The notes: generated by a model not told the origin, from the sequence alone. A stretch of 64,000 nucleotides of DNA from Camelus ferus (GCF_009834535.1 NC_045696.1:64296001-64360000), one strand, 5' to 3'. Positions 1 to 12,539 are shown, counted from the first letter of the stretch. Numbers and translations: made by a program.

Positions 1-372
1 AATTCTCTCACAAGTATACTTGTTTTCCAAAGGCTATGGGACATAGGAGATAGCAACAGATTAAATACAAAGCTGATAAGAGAATTCCACGTTCTATTAA
101 GCCAAGCATTAAAGATATTTGAAAAAATGGAAAAGAACACCACTCTTCTCACTGAATTATTTTTGTTTTTTAAATATTTGTTCATAGCGTATGTCATTTG
201 TTGGCACAAAAAGATTAATATTTATTTTAAACAAATTAATGAACATTTTAAAATTGCTCAGTGTTAATTTCCCATGGTAAATATTAATAGATACAACTCA
301 CTAAAACAGGTTATGTGGATCCTCCATAATTTTTAAGGATGTAAAGCATCCTGAGAAGTTTGAGAACTGCTG
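1..372 (+). mobile_element. hAT-Charlie DNA transposon 3' fragment (Charlie1-like)
   Basis: Contains ...ttctattaagccaagcattaaagatattt...ccactcttctcact and ends tttgagaactgctg, as in Charlie transposase tail and terminus. Confidence 0.6.
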
Positions 373-397
373 TTCTAACATTAACATCAAGGCTCTC

Positions 398-1128
398 TCA
401 AAGGGAGCCCTTCTACACTGTTGGTGGGAATGTAAATTGGTGCAGCCTCATGGAAAACAGTACGGAAGTTCCTTAAAAAACTAAAAATGGAGCTACCATA
501 TGACCTAGCAATCCCACTCCTGGGCATGTATCCAGAAAAGATGAAAATTATAATTTGAAAAGATACATGCACTCCAATGTTCATAGCAACACTATTTACA
601 ATAGCCAAGGCATGGAAGCAACATAAGTGCCCATTAACAAATGAATGGTATATATATGTATACCACACACATACACACACACTCCACATCTTCTTTATAT
701 ATATATAAAATGGAATATTATTATATAATACTTCTATATACACAATGGAATACTACTCGGCCATAAAAAAGAATGAAGTAATGCCATTTACAGCAACATG
801 GATGGACCTAGAGAATGTTATACTAAGTGAAGTAAGTCAGATAGAGAAAGACAAAATATAATATCACTTATATGTAGAACCTAAAAAATAATACAAGTGA
901 ATTTACTTACAAAACAGAAACAGACTCACAGACATAGTAAACAAACTTGTGTTTACCAAAGGGGAGAGGGGAGGGGGAGAGATAAATTAGGAGTTTGGGA
1001 TTAACAGATACACACTGCTATATATACAATAGATTAACAACAAGGATTTACTGTATAGCACAGAGAACTATATTCAATATCTTATAATAACCTATAATGG
1101 AAAATACTCTGAACATATATATACCTAT
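398..1128 (+). mobile_element. LINE-1 3' end (ORF2 C-terminus remnant plus 3' UTR), cetartiodactyl type
   Basis: ctacactgttggtgggaatgtaaattggtgcagcc, gagctaccatatgacc-agcaatcccactcctggg, acatggatggacctagag, gataaattaggagtttgggattaacagatacacact. Confidence 0.9.
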
Positions 1129-1139
1129 GAAATGCATAC

Positions 1140-1250
1140 TTTTATTATATCCATTTTACAAAGAGGAAGCCAAGGGACAAAACAATGAAAACTGGTCCCA
1201 GGCCACACAGTTAGTAAGTGATAGAACTGGGATTAGAACCCAAAGAGTAT
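1140..1250 (-). mobile_element. MIR SINE fragment
   Basis: ccattttacaaagaggaagc...cccaggccacacagttagtaagtgatagaactgggattagaaccc core. Confidence 0.7.
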
Positions 1251-1903
1251 CACAGATAATATTCTGAACCATCAGAGGTAATTTAATAAATGTGAAGAAA
1301 TAAATGAAGGTTTGGCCTGAATGCTATGTGAACTCACTTGCAAGGGATCACAGTAGCTCCAGCTGACTGTTGGATCTGGGTCAGGGGGTGGTGCCCTGAA
1401 ATATCACGTGGCAGACAGAGCCAGAGGAAGAGGGGAAAACCTGGGCTAGGGAATGCTGAGCAGTACACCATTGGAATTCACTTCTGCCATCATGTCCCAA
1501 AGGCAAGCATGAATCAGGACGAGGGCAAGGTCACAAAGCCCAAAGCTGCAGTGGGCACTAGAGACAAAACGAGGAGAGGAGAGAAGATTTTGCTTCTGCC
1601 CTATCTCATATCTAAGAAGTCAGTCATCTCTCAGCATTATGCCTCCCTGCCTTTCTGGTTCTCAAAGGAGGTGCATATTCCTCTTGGGGTCATATCTGCA
1701 GAGGAGGTCTTGGTTGAGATGGGAAAATATTCCGTTTCTCCTTCCCACCCCATCACATTAAGAGTGACTGAATGAGCAAAATGATCTCAGACAAATAATA
1801 GGAGGAGAGCTGGAGTGCCCAACACTCAAATGCATATATTAGATACAAGGTTTATAGGGCACCACCGGGTTTAATGACTTCAGGTTAGGGAAAATACCCA
1901 CAC

Positions 1904-2012
1904 CAGAGCAAAATTTACAATAGCACATCTTACTTGGTGGATTAAACAGTCACATGCTCAGAGTAAATTTTGCAATAACTCATTTCACTTGGTGGATTAG
2001 ACAATCACACGT
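1904..2012. repeat. Diverged two-copy tandem duplication, period about 55 bp
   Basis: cagagcaaaatttacaatagcacatcttacttggtggattaaacagtcacatg at 1904 versus cagagtaaattttgcaataactcatttcacttggtggattagacaatcacacg at 1959. Confidence 0.8.
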
Positions 2013-2439
2013 GGTTTGTAGACTTTCACTTGAACAGTCTTTTAAGAGATAAAAAAAATTCCTAAATGCACATTTATTAAGATCAAGTATAAAGACCAGA
2101 GTCAATAAAGAATAAAAATCAAATTATATGCCACTGAGCATAAATATCATTTATAATAAGATCTGAAAAATGGCCTTTAAAGTTTTTCTATTTAGTAGAA
2201 TGAGATACAATTTCCACTTTCTGGATAATGTAATTGCAAGGTGAAAGGGAAATTTTTATATATGAGAACCCATAGCCTCATCGGCCACAGAACGCATAAC
2301 CTCTCTCTCTCCCCTCCACTAAGATGAATTCAGCCTTGCAGGGTATATATTATGCAGATGAAGTAATGGATGAGAGAAGAGGAAACTCAGAAAAGCTTTC
2401 TTGATTTACATTGAAAAGAGATAAAATAAATGAACTTCT

Positions 2440-3190
2440 TCCTTAAAAGATACCTTTGAAGCCCCTTGTATACACTTCCCCATCCCATTCCCATCCTACA
2501 AAGGCAACCTACAAAGGTAAGCTCTGTCTTTATAATCTTAGCATATATGCATTTATTTCTAAAAATATATTGTTTAATTTTGCATGTTTTGAACCTTAGG
2601 CAAATGAAACCAGACTGTACATGCTCTTCTGCAATGTGCTTCATATACACCCTCTGAGTTGCTAAGATTAAGATTAGCTGGAGTTCATTAGTATTTTTTT
2701 CTGTTCTATAGGATTCTGCTATGGGCTTCATGCATATTTTTTAGTTCATTCTCCTTTTGACTGATATTTTGGATGGTTTCAGTCTTTTGCTTTCTACCCG
2801 ATGCTTCTGTGAGCCTCCTTGTACATGAATCTTGGGGTACACATATATGAATAACTTCCGAATATGTATCTGGGACTAGAATTGCAGAGTTGTGGAGGTT
2901 GCATGACTTTAGCTGCACTCCATTATGCCACTTACTTAATCAATTACTGAAAGAAATGAGCTAAAATCTCCCACAGTGATGATGAATTTTAAAATTCCTC
3001 TTTGCAGTTCTAACAATTTTGGCTTTACAGCTTTAAATTAAGAGCTGATTGCCTTCACATCTACTATGAATTTGTGAATAATGACATGTTTGGATTTATT
3101 CATTTTGCTTTATATTGTCTTATTTTTGCTTTTTCTGTGGACAATCCTCCTCTTCTCTTGACTTCCTTTTGATTTATTGAAATTATGCAG
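2440..3190 (-). mobile_element. Old L1 (L1ME-like) fragments
   Basis: Antisense L1 3' motifs such as gatattttggatggtttcagtcttttgc and tatgtatctgggactagaattgcagagt; T-rich. Confidence 0.55.
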
Positions 3191-3207
3191 GATTTTTCAT
3201 CCAACAT

Positions 3208-3858
3208 GTGATGCAATTATGTCTTTCTCTGTAAGCAAATCCCTTTGGCAATAAGACTGCAGCTCCTTCTATCAAGAGGTGAAAGAGAAGCTAGTGCCAG
3301 TTCAAAGTCTAGGCCAGGAGTCAGTAAACTACAGCACACTGGCCAACTCTGGCCCATGGTCTATTTTTGCAAGTAAAGATTTGTTGGAACACAACCATAG
3401 TCATCCACTTACATATTGGCTGTGGATGCTTTCTTGACAAAATGGCAGAGTTGAGAGGTTACAACTCTTGAGTGGTCTAGTCAACGAAGCCTAAAAGATT
3501 CACTGTGTGGACCTTTACAGAAAAAAATTCTGCCAACCTCTGGGATAGGCCTCAAGAGGCCTTTCACTCATTTAGTTGTAACTTGTCCAGCTGCCAAGTG
3601 AAAAGAGCAGGTTAATCTGCTGGAGGATGAGAAACCACATGGAGTAGAGACAAGCTGTCCCATGTAAGACCAGCTCAGACTAGCCAGCTCCCAGGGACCA
3701 AGCACCTGCTCACATTGCATGAGTGATTCCATTCAAGAACAGCTAAACTACTCCAGATTAGCAGAACTGCCCAATTAATTCACAGGCTTATGAGCAATAA
3801 CAGATGATTGCTGTCTTAAGGCACTAATTTTCAGGCTATTTTGTTATGCATTTGGTAC
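3208..3858 (+). mobile_element. MaLR LTR (MLT1-type), split by a MER58A insertion
   Basis: ctgctggaggatgagaaaccacatggag and 3' end gattgctgtcttaaggcactaattttcaggctattttgttatgca. Confidence 0.7.
3315..3542 (+). mobile_element. MER58A hAT-Charlie MITE
   Basis: Termini caggagtcagtaaac...tgccaacctctg; degenerate 8-bp TSD gtctaggc/ggataggc. Confidence 0.8.
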
Positions 3859-3971
3859 AGAGGGTTTGGTTTGGTTTGGGGTTTTCCTCATTTTAATTTT
3901 TCCTTTAGCAATTGGAAGTTATTCCTTCTACTACCTTTTTTTATTCTACTAGTGCTCACATTAAAAATTTT

Positions 3972-4045
3972 TTTTGTTTAATTTAATTTTTATTGAAGTG
4001 TAGTTGATTGACAATGTTAATTTCAGGTGTACAGCAAAGAGATTC

Positions 4046-4084
<39 letters not shown>

Positions 4085-4118
4085 TACATATATTTTTTCA
4101 GATTCTTTTCCATTATAG
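3972..4118 (-). mobile_element. Short 5'-truncated L1 3' tip with internal (TA)n(CA)n
   Basis: ttttattgaagtgtagttgattgacaatgtt...tttcaggtgtacagcaaag; flanked by direct repeat taaaaatttt at 3962 and 4127. Confidence 0.8.
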
Positions 4119-4139
4119 CCTCCCTCTAAAAATTTTAAT

Positions 4140-5990
4140 ATGTGAAGTTTAATCATTATCTCTTCCTTCCTCATAAACAATGCAAGGGACTCAGATGACT
4201 TTAACTCTGATCAGCCTCCCTCTAGCTGACATGCTATTATTGTACAGAATTTTGGCTCTATCATACTTATGTAATTCTATAAGTTAGACATTATTAGTAT
4301 TAATTATTATTTTATATTATTGATTTTTGTTCAGATTTATGTATCTATTTATCTATGTCTTTGCTTATTATTCCTTCCTGTACCTTAAAACTTCCACTTT
4401 TTTTAATGTCTTTCATCGAGAGTTGGTTCTTGTTACATTCTCTGTTCGTTTTTTTTCTGAAAATGTTTTATTTTGCCCTCATTATTGGCAGATATTTTTA
4501 CAAAGTATACAATTTCAGAATGATCGTTTTCTCTTAATATCTTGAAGACATTATTCCACTCTTTCCTGGCTTCCATTTTTATTTTCTCTTGAGAAGCCAA
4601 CTACCATTTTAATACTCATCCCTCTTAGAAAATCTGTCTTTTCCTCTCCATGCACATAAGTAATCCGTCTTTCTTTTTGTCTTCATGTTCTGCTATGCAC
4701 AGTCTACTTGCGGATTTTTTTTTTCCCTTACTTAATACTCTTCAGGATTTTTTCAGTTTTCTGAAATGAGGACTGATTTTTAACTGCATTAGAAATGTGT
4801 TTGGACACAAACTCCTCACAGCTGACTCCCTCCTCCGGCCTCTACGCTCTTCTTTTGTACCTTCAGTTAGAAGCAAGCCAAGCTTCCTCACTCTCCTCCA
4901 TGTCGCTTATTTTCACTGCCACGCTTTCTGTTACTTTTCCTCTCTGAGAAGCACTTTTAATAATTTTTTCTGTCTATCTTCCAATTTACTGATTCTTTCT
5001 TATTTGTATTAAAGCAGCTATAATAGATATTTAAGTTTTAAAAATTGTTATGGCCTCAAGAAGAGATCTCCTACCCCTTAGCAATCACTTCCCTTTCCCT
5101 TCTCCCTTAGATCCTTGAATTCATTCATCAACTTTTTTTCCTCTACTTATGTGACAGTTCCAGATATTTCAAATAAAAGGAAGCATGTAACATATAACTG
5201 ATAGCCTTTTTGTCTGACTTCTTTCAGTTAGCATTATGTCTTCAAGATTAATCCATGCACGTATCAGCATTCTATTTCTTTTAATTGCTGAATAATATTC
5301 AGTTGTATGAAACTATCACATATTGTTTATTAATTTGTTAGATGCTTGGGTTGTTTCTACTTTGCTGCTATTATGAGCAAAATGGTTTTGATTGCTATGA
5401 ACATTAATGTGCAAGTTTTTATTTGGACATATGATTTCAGTTCTCTTATGTATATACCTAGGAAGGCAATTGCTGGGTCATATGGTAGCTCTATGTTTAA
5501 CTTTTTGAAAAACTCCCAGATTGTTTTCCACAGAGGCTGACCATTTTACATGCCCCCTTAGCAGTATATGAAGGTTCTAATTCTCCACATCTTTATCAAC
5601 ACTGGTTATTTTCCACTTTTTAATAGCTTTCCTACTGGTCATGAAGTGATATCTCATTGTGGTTTTGATTTGCATTTCCCTAATAACTAATGATGTTGAG
5701 CATCTTTTCATGTGTTTATTGGCTTATCTTCTTTGGAAAAATGTCTATTCCAGTGCTTTGCCCATTTTTTTAACTGGGTTGTTGTCTTTTGTTATTAAAT
5801 GATTTCTTTATATATTCTGGATACTAAACCTTTATCACATATGTATTATTTTCAAATATTTTCTTTCATCCTATGGGTTGTTTTTTTCACCTTCCTGATT
5901 GTGTCCTTTAATGCACAAACATTTTTAATTTTGATGAAATCTAATTATCTATTTTTTTTCTTTTGTTGCTTCGTGCTCCATTGAAACCAC
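4140..5990 (-). mobile_element. Old L1 fragments (L1M/L1MB-MC type; ORF2 end and 3' UTR at 5040-5990)
   Basis: ttgctgggtcatatggtagctctatgtttaactttttga, tctcattgtggttttgatttgcatttccctaataactaatgatgttgagcatcttttcatg. Confidence 0.8.
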
Positions 5991-6061
5991 CAGAGTATAA
6001 TGTGCTTAAAAATTATTTCCATCATGTAATTTCATATATTTTTTCCACACACAAAAAAAGA

Positions 6062-6067
6062 TTTATT
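6062..6067 (-). terminator. Candidate polyadenylation signal
   Basis: Minus-strand AATAAA followed closely by a U/GU-rich tract (tctttttttgtgtgtgg), at the end of about 900 bp of repeat-free sequence. Confidence 0.45.
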
Positions 6068-6629
6068 CAATTATTTCAAAGAGCTAGTTAATCGAACAGG
6101 GAAGTATTTAACTTTCAGAAGATTCTCATAAATGAGTCAAATGTGATAAAAGGTACAAAAGGCCTATAAAAAGACAAAAAAAAAAGCACTGTGAAAACAA
6201 AAGGAATAGTTTTCATTATCAAGGTACTAATATTGAAATTGATAACATTTAATAGCAAAATAAGCACTTGGCATTTGCTTTTCTTCTTTGGGGCAATTAT
6301 GAAAGCTAGGAAAGTAATATTTTGAAGATTTTTCTGTAGTTACTGCAGCATTTCTAATTAACATCCCTTCCTTTATACACAGAGAGCGAATAAACTACAG
6401 TAGCATTTAGAGAAGTAAGAACATACTTGGTTTTTTAGCCTTAAGTATTAGCAAGATCATATGCCATTGAAGAGGCAGGGATGAAACCACAGCATTTACT
6501 CACAACTCAGAATTTGTACTGTGAGAAAAGAAAAGGAAAGACAAAAGCTCCCTAGGCCAAATAACTAAGAAATGACTCATATTTGAAAAGAAAGCTACCT
6601 GCAGCTGCATGTTGGTGTGTAAGTTGCAC

Positions 6630-6893
6630 TCAGTGCTCTTCGGATGTGATGTGGCGAAAATCCCCATTGTCCACATTAGCGTCGACAGAAGTTTTGTTGA
6701 AAGCTCTCCCCCAGGAGTGCTCCTGCACTTTGTCTCTGGGCTCATGCTCAGGGGTGGTAAATGGATTAACACAGCAGTCTCTGATAGTATGATGAATGGA
6801 GTAAGAAGAGTGATTTTCTAAACGTCCTTTCCTTATTTGATGGATGTTTCCATTGCCATCTCTTCCCTCGGGGCTCTTTGCACAATCTCTCTT
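6630..6893 (-). CDS. Possible coding part of the terminal exon (87 aa, KRDCAKSPEG...HITSEEH*), product unknown
   Basis: Open frame starts in phase 0 exactly at the acceptor and matches the phase-0 end of exon 8192-8137; no recognisable homology. Confidence 0.25.
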   Translation of the reverse strand, partial: KRDCAKSPEGRDGNGNIHQIRKGRLENHSSYSIHHTIRDCCVNPFTTPEHEPRDKVQEHSWGRAFNKTSVDANVDNGDFRHITSEEH

Positions 6894-7754
6894 CTGAAAG
6901 GAGTTTAGGCACGCTATTAGTACCAAGTGAATTTACGACGTCCTCTCATGCAGTCTGCCATCGTGCAGGTAGGATCCGCTCTGACAGTCTATGCAAAATG
7001 ATGTCCTAGTTCTCTGATCAACAGCTTCCACTGTGTTAACTTTTTTAACTATGAGACACAATTTAGTTCCAAAAAACAAGACTCATTTTCTCTTAATTAG
7101 ACCCAAGTGCAGCCAAAACTCATCATTCATCTAGCTAAGCTTTTACCTTCTTGACATGTAACTGAATCCTGTGGCACTCCTTTGTTACCACCAGGACCTC
7201 CACCAACCAATCATCTTACTTGGTTTCATCTTAAATGTCACCTGGGGCCAGAGTATAAATTTCAATTGCACTAATCAGCATGCGTTTCTCCTCCATGACT
7301 CCTCTCTTTCGAACCCTGAAGCACGTGGGTCCCTTTGATGGTTGAGAAAGAAGACTAATGAACAAAGATATCAAATTTGGGAGGAAGGGGTTTGTAAAAC
7401 AGTCAAGAATTTAAGCATAAGTTAGAGAATCTGATAATAGTTCCCACTCAGCTGAACCAAATTTTTTCTCACTTTTCCTCACTTTTTTTTTATATATTAA
7501 AAAAAAAAATCTCTGGTATCATATTTTTGAGGAGAAGGCTTGGTATTTAAATAATAGGGAATTAAAAATAGTGAGCAGGTGACACAGAGATAAACACTCT
7601 TAAAATCTGGGGAATCCCAGAACCAGTTTCCAGCTGAGAGATTTGAGAACAATTTCCTTTCTGGCAATAGTCCCCCACACAGCCTGGCCCTAGGAGAGAG
7701 CAGTTAAGTGGCAGAATACTGAAGATAGACAGGAGATGCTGGCGGATAGTCCCT

Positions 7755-7806
7755 TTTTATTTATTTGTTTATTTATTTATTTATTATTTATTTATTTATT
7801 TATTTG
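7755..7806. repeat. (TTTA)n microsatellite
   Basis: Direct reading. Confidence 0.95.
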
Positions 7807-8136
7807 GGTAACTCACAAATAGTGAGGAAAAGATCCCAAATTACATGCCTATAGATAGGCATTTATTTATTTAACTTACTAAAGGTGAGAGCCATTCACT
7901 GCCCAAAATTTCCATAAAAGTGAGGAAACTTACATTGAAAACGGGTGTGATATTTCAGTCAGTGGCTGGGAAATGTGGAGCTGAAATCTTTTAAGCATCA
8001 CTCCCGACACAGACTCAAGGAAGGCGGCTGCATTCTCTTCCTCCCACAGCTGTCACCAGGCAAGATCCAGAAGACAGACCATATGTTATGTTAGTAGCAG
8101 ACACCATGGAGCTGTTGTCAGGGACCACGAGCTCAC

Positions 8137-8192
8137 CTTCATCACTCCTGCCTGCCCCGCAGTGTACATCCCCTTGAGTCCAAACGCCATCC
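8137..8192 (-). other. Candidate 56-nt internal exon
   Basis: Long pyrimidine tract ttctgctctcctctcctcctccttcAG|GGATGG and donor AAG|GTGAGC. Confidence 0.5.
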
Positions 8193-8493
8193 CTGAAGGA
8201 GGAGGAGAGGAGAGCAGAACCTTGAATTGACAATTATTTAACCCGTATTGACTTGGAAAACTTCTAGAGGGACAAGGTAGTTTGTCTGCTTTTAGATAGG
8301 CTGTGTGGTGCGAAGTGAGATCGAATTGATTTGCAGTAATAAAGTTCACCTTAGTCCTCTGAATTATAGGAACTGTGAAATTTAAAATGCTAAAATTTAT
8401 GCTCCTTTGGTTTCTAAGGAACATAATGAGTTACCAAAATGAAATAAAATAGTTGGTCCTTTTACAGAAAATGTGAATATTCAATATGGAGGA

Positions 8494-8973
8494 TGTGGAC
8501 GAAAAATACCACAAGCCGTATCAGTAAACAAAGAATGCTGAAGCCATCAAGTCATCAGCCGCTGCCATCACCCTCCCAGTGAAGACAAGCCTGCAGCCCG
8601 GCCTCTGCAGCCACTCACAATGGTGCACCCTGAGGGGACTCAGAATAATAAAGGACAGGATACTGGCCCTAGATAACTAGGTGCTAGTCAAAGGAATGAA
8701 TTCAATGAGCCCAAGTGTTTGCTTCCTCCCATACAAAGAAAAGCACTAAATTCTTTAACTTGAGATGCCTGGTTTTCTTTAGATAACAAGTAGTCTTTTA
8801 TTGTTCCAACTACCTGGTCTTTGTTGTAAAGCTCCTGTATATCCTAGCTCCTCCCCTGCCTCTTCGGAGCAGTCCCTCAGAGCGATCTGAGAGGCTGTCA
8901 TCCTGGCTAGAATCTTCCTGCCAAATAAACCATAACTCTCAACTTTTAGGCTGCGCATTTATTTCAACTGACA
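8494..8973 (+). mobile_element. ERV1-type solo LTR
   Basis: TG...CA termini (tgtggacgaaaa / tttcaactgaca), AATAAA near 3' end, near-matching 4-bp flanks agga/ggga. Confidence 0.75.
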
Positions 8974-9177
8974 GGGATTAGAAGAGCTGGCAGGAGAATT
9001 ATAAGAAAATTTATTAAAATACTTGTCATTTTTAGAGAAATAGGAGATTCAGAAAAAGGAAAAATGTATGAAAGCCAAAGGGAATGGGACCTGGGACTGC
9101 TTTTATTGTTGAAAAATTAATATACTGGAAGATTTTTAAAAGCTGATTTCAGAAAAGCAAATTTCCATGAATCCCAG

Positions 9178-9741
9178 TGAAACTGACCAGGACCCTGTGG
9201 GGCCCTCCTGGGTACAAAAGCCTTTCTGTGTTCCCTGTGTTTTATTTGTAGGAAAAAGTCTTTAGCCTCCTAGACCTTCTCTAAGTACCAAAAGGCCGAT
9301 TCAAACAGTTGCTAATCAGGGAAGTGAGGGAATGCAGAAACAAAGGAAGAGCAGTCAAGAAATAACAGTGCAGCGTTGGGGCAGGGTCCTGCCTCCTCCT
9401 CAAGGGGTGTAAATAACATCTTTGAGGTCTTCTGACAGAGCTAAGAGCCCTGCTCTGGTGGAGGTTGGGAACTTCAGGCTGAGCACAAGATTCCTGGAGT
9501 ACCGCCCTGTCACTTCACCACCAACCAATCAGAAGAAAGTCACACAACCTGCAGCTCTCACCCCAAATTTTTCCTATAAAAACTTCTCCCTAAAAACCAT
9601 TGTAGAGTTCAGATCTTTTGAGCACAAGCTACCTGTTCTCCCTTGCTTGGTCCTTCAATAAACCTTTCTCTGCTTCAAACTGACAATTCAGTTTGTTTGT
9701 CCTCCCTGTGTGTCGGGCACATAAACTTGCCTTTGAAAACA
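9178..9741 (+). mobile_element. ERV1-type solo LTR
   Basis: TG...CA termini, CCAAT and TATAAAA in U3, caataaa poly(A) signal, near-matching 4-bp flanks ccag/ccaa. Confidence 0.8.
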
Positions 9742-11514
9742 CCAAGACAGCACTAGCTTTGGAATGGATGAGTTAGTAATGGACCATAGAATCTTGAAAT
9801 GCCCAAGTCTATGATTTGTTGAATCTATACCTTAAGTTACACCATTCTGTCACAACACAGTTTGTGTGCTTCAGTTGACTCATTAACAATTCTAGGAAAG
9901 TGGCAGAGGGCTATTCCATGAACCCAGGCAAAAGCTATCTGCTGGGGGGAAAATATTGGTGTAAAATTAGGAATTCTTAATTGCAAACAAATATCTTCTG
10001 TGTAGATACTTCTCAAGGTCATGTTTTATCAAATATTATCATTTTACCTTCTGCACCTGGGAAATGTTCATCTTCAAGCCTGTTTTCAGTAGACTGTGAA
10101 GAGTGAAACAATAATTTTATTTGAAAATAATTTCAGCTCTGGATTTAATAACCAGAAACTCCATTCACTTCTCAACATACTGTACTAGAAGAGCAACCAG
10201 AATTTAACAGCTTGTCTTTTTTAAAAATCCTAATTCCAAAATTGAATGCAGCTGGTTGGTTTTTTTTGTAGCTGTTGTTGCTGTTTTGAATATTCTCCTT
10301 TTATTTATATATTTCAATATCTTTTGTTTTCTGAAAACTAGGGAAGGGAATAAAATAAAGTAAACCCCAAAATGTTACCTCAAATGAACTTTAGTTCAGA
10401 CATTTCTAGCAAGTTAATTCCACTTGGCACTAAAAGATGAAATTTACAAAATACTGTAAGAAAATTTCAGTCCCTATGGCCTCTCTTTTATTAGAAAGTA
10501 AGATTCTAATAGTAAAAGAGTCAACAAAGAGGATGATCCACTTTTGTGATCAAGAAAAAGCAGAAAGTAAGTCATGAAGCCAGGTATTATTTTACACCAC
10601 AAGTTTGCTTTTCTGGGTGATAGTTTAAAAGCCTTTGGCTTGGGCACAAGTGAACATTTTTCAGCCATTGTGTGGAAACTGTTGCAAAGTACTAAAGAAA
10701 TCTTTCACACCTCAGTACTCTGAATAGCCCATTTCCACGACAAAGTATGCTCAATATCCAAGGGAGCGTGGCAGAAAACAATACCACTAAATTATCTTAA
10801 TCACCAACCCTTTCAGATATATTTCATGAGTGCTTGAAAAATTAAAATCACAAAGAATTTTTCAAGGAAGAAACATCTTCGTCATTTACGTTTGTTTTCA
10901 AGGCCTTAACACATGGTGAGGGTGCTAACGTGCTTTATTATTGTAATCAGTAATAACAAATGGAAAATGAAGTCCAAAGAAATCTCAAAACATAATGAAT
11001 CATTGGGAAATGAAGAGGCTTTCAGAGGTAACAGGATGCACCGGCAAATGGAGCAGCTTCCATTGCCTGTGATTCCCACTTCCTGTCCCTTGTCCTTCCT
11101 TCCTTTCTCTCTTTTCACCTCCTCTTACTGAAGCAAAAACAGCTGCTCCTAAATGAACTTCCTGTCGCCAGCTTAGCTCTCTTCTCTAACTCATTTTATA
11201 GCTTTTTGTTTCCCCCAAACATACTTTTACCATTTTATTAAAAAAAAAAAAACTATTAATTTAGATTTAAAAAAAAAAAACTTTTAGACTCCTTCATGGA
11301 ACTGTCTCAAGCTAAACCTCACTTTAAACTAAGGCCCAGAAAGGTGACATTAAAGGGCCATCAGCACAGTCAGCTAGTGCTTTCACAAAGAAGTTGCAAT
11401 GGCCCCAATAAATATTCCATGGAGTGCTAAAGTCTTCCTCTCATTCAAGTCTCTCTGATGACTCTCACCCAACCCTATCTCTCCAACTTTACCTTCCATA
11501 ATCTCAACTCTTAT

Positions 11515-12153
11515 TGAGATAAGAGGGAAGGAGGCAGGGCACAACCATTGAAAAAACGACACAGCAATTGAGGACAGGACATAAACTGGTTAGAATGAAA
11601 TAAACCCAGGATGGTGGAGGATTTGACTTCCAGGGGACGTTGAGCTTCATTATACGCTCATTGTAATATATTAGCATGCTAAATGACATGCCCACGGTTG
11701 CCATGACAGTTCTGAGGCTGGCAATGAAAGGCTGTGAGCTGTATGGTGGCCCAATTCTGGGAAATCCCTGCCCCTTCTCCAAACCAGCTGAAATAGTCCT
11801 CCCACTTGTTAGCATGTGAAATTACTGCGCCCATAAACACCAAATGCCCCTGCACCTCGAGGCCTTTCGCTGTTTGAGATGGCCACATTCTGCCTATAGG
11901 AACGTGCATCTCCCAGGACCACTCTCACCTTCCAAGATGATCCCATCTCCCAGAGCCTCCTCCCTTGCCTCCTGCGATGGTGGCACTCTGTCCATTGAGT
12001 ATGGATAAACTTGCTTTCGCTTTACTATGGCTTGCTCTTGAATTCTTTCCTGCACCTGCTGGAAGCCAAGGACCTCACTTGGCAGGATGTGTCCCAGGGA
12101 CTTGCCCAAGACCTGGGACATGAGCATCCTCTAGTCTCCCATGATCTCTAACA
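11515..12153 (+). mobile_element. MER41-like ERV1 solo LTR
   Basis: Core tagcatgctaaatgacatgcccacggttgccatgacagtt and 3' part gctcttgaattctttcctg...gaagccaaggacc; TG...CA ends; flanks ttat/ttct. Confidence 0.7.
11755..11763 (+). promoter_or_regulatory. GAS (STAT) consensus motif TTCTGGGAA inside the MER41-like LTR
   Basis: Exact TTC-N3-GAA match; binding not shown. Confidence 0.4.
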
Positions 12154-12539
12154 TTCTTGTTTTTCTACACTATCTACCTAAACTTTCCCAAATGCAATAA
12201 ATAATAAATAATTGGTAGAAATATTGTTTAGTACCATTAGAGAATAATTTGATCCAACTTCTATGCAGTGCAGAATAATCCATTCTTTTTCCAAATTTCA
12301 GGTAACAACAAATGTCTAATAATTCTATATTTATTTTTAATGGAAACAACATACACTTATTATAATGTTACAATTAAAATCTTCATATACTTTTCTTAGA
12401 GTCCAAGCAAATAATTTCTCACCAAAATTAAGATTAATAAGTAGAAATACATGGCATCTGTTGCCCTTTCTTTTTCAAACAGAAGACCTATGTATTTGGA
12501 AACTCCATGAGAATGAAACTGATTAATGTAATAAAGTTT

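Larger units (their letters stand above)
6045..6893 (-). other. Candidate terminal exon of an unidentified spliced transcript
   Basis: Branch-point-like TACTAAT (6922-6916), acceptor ctcctttcAG|AAG at 6893, CpG-retaining unique sequence, downstream AATAAA. A weaker alternative acceptor lies at 6988. Confidence 0.45.

Noticed and set aside
387..743. 118-aa minus-strand ORF
   Set aside because: Antisense translation of an L1 3' end, a common spurious ORF
1338..1775. 145-aa plus-strand ORF
   Set aside because: TTG start, no recognisable domain, no convincing splice signals
10379..10429. Minus-strand exon-like segment (ttttAG...GAG|GTAACA)
   Set aside because: Stops in all three frames and no other support
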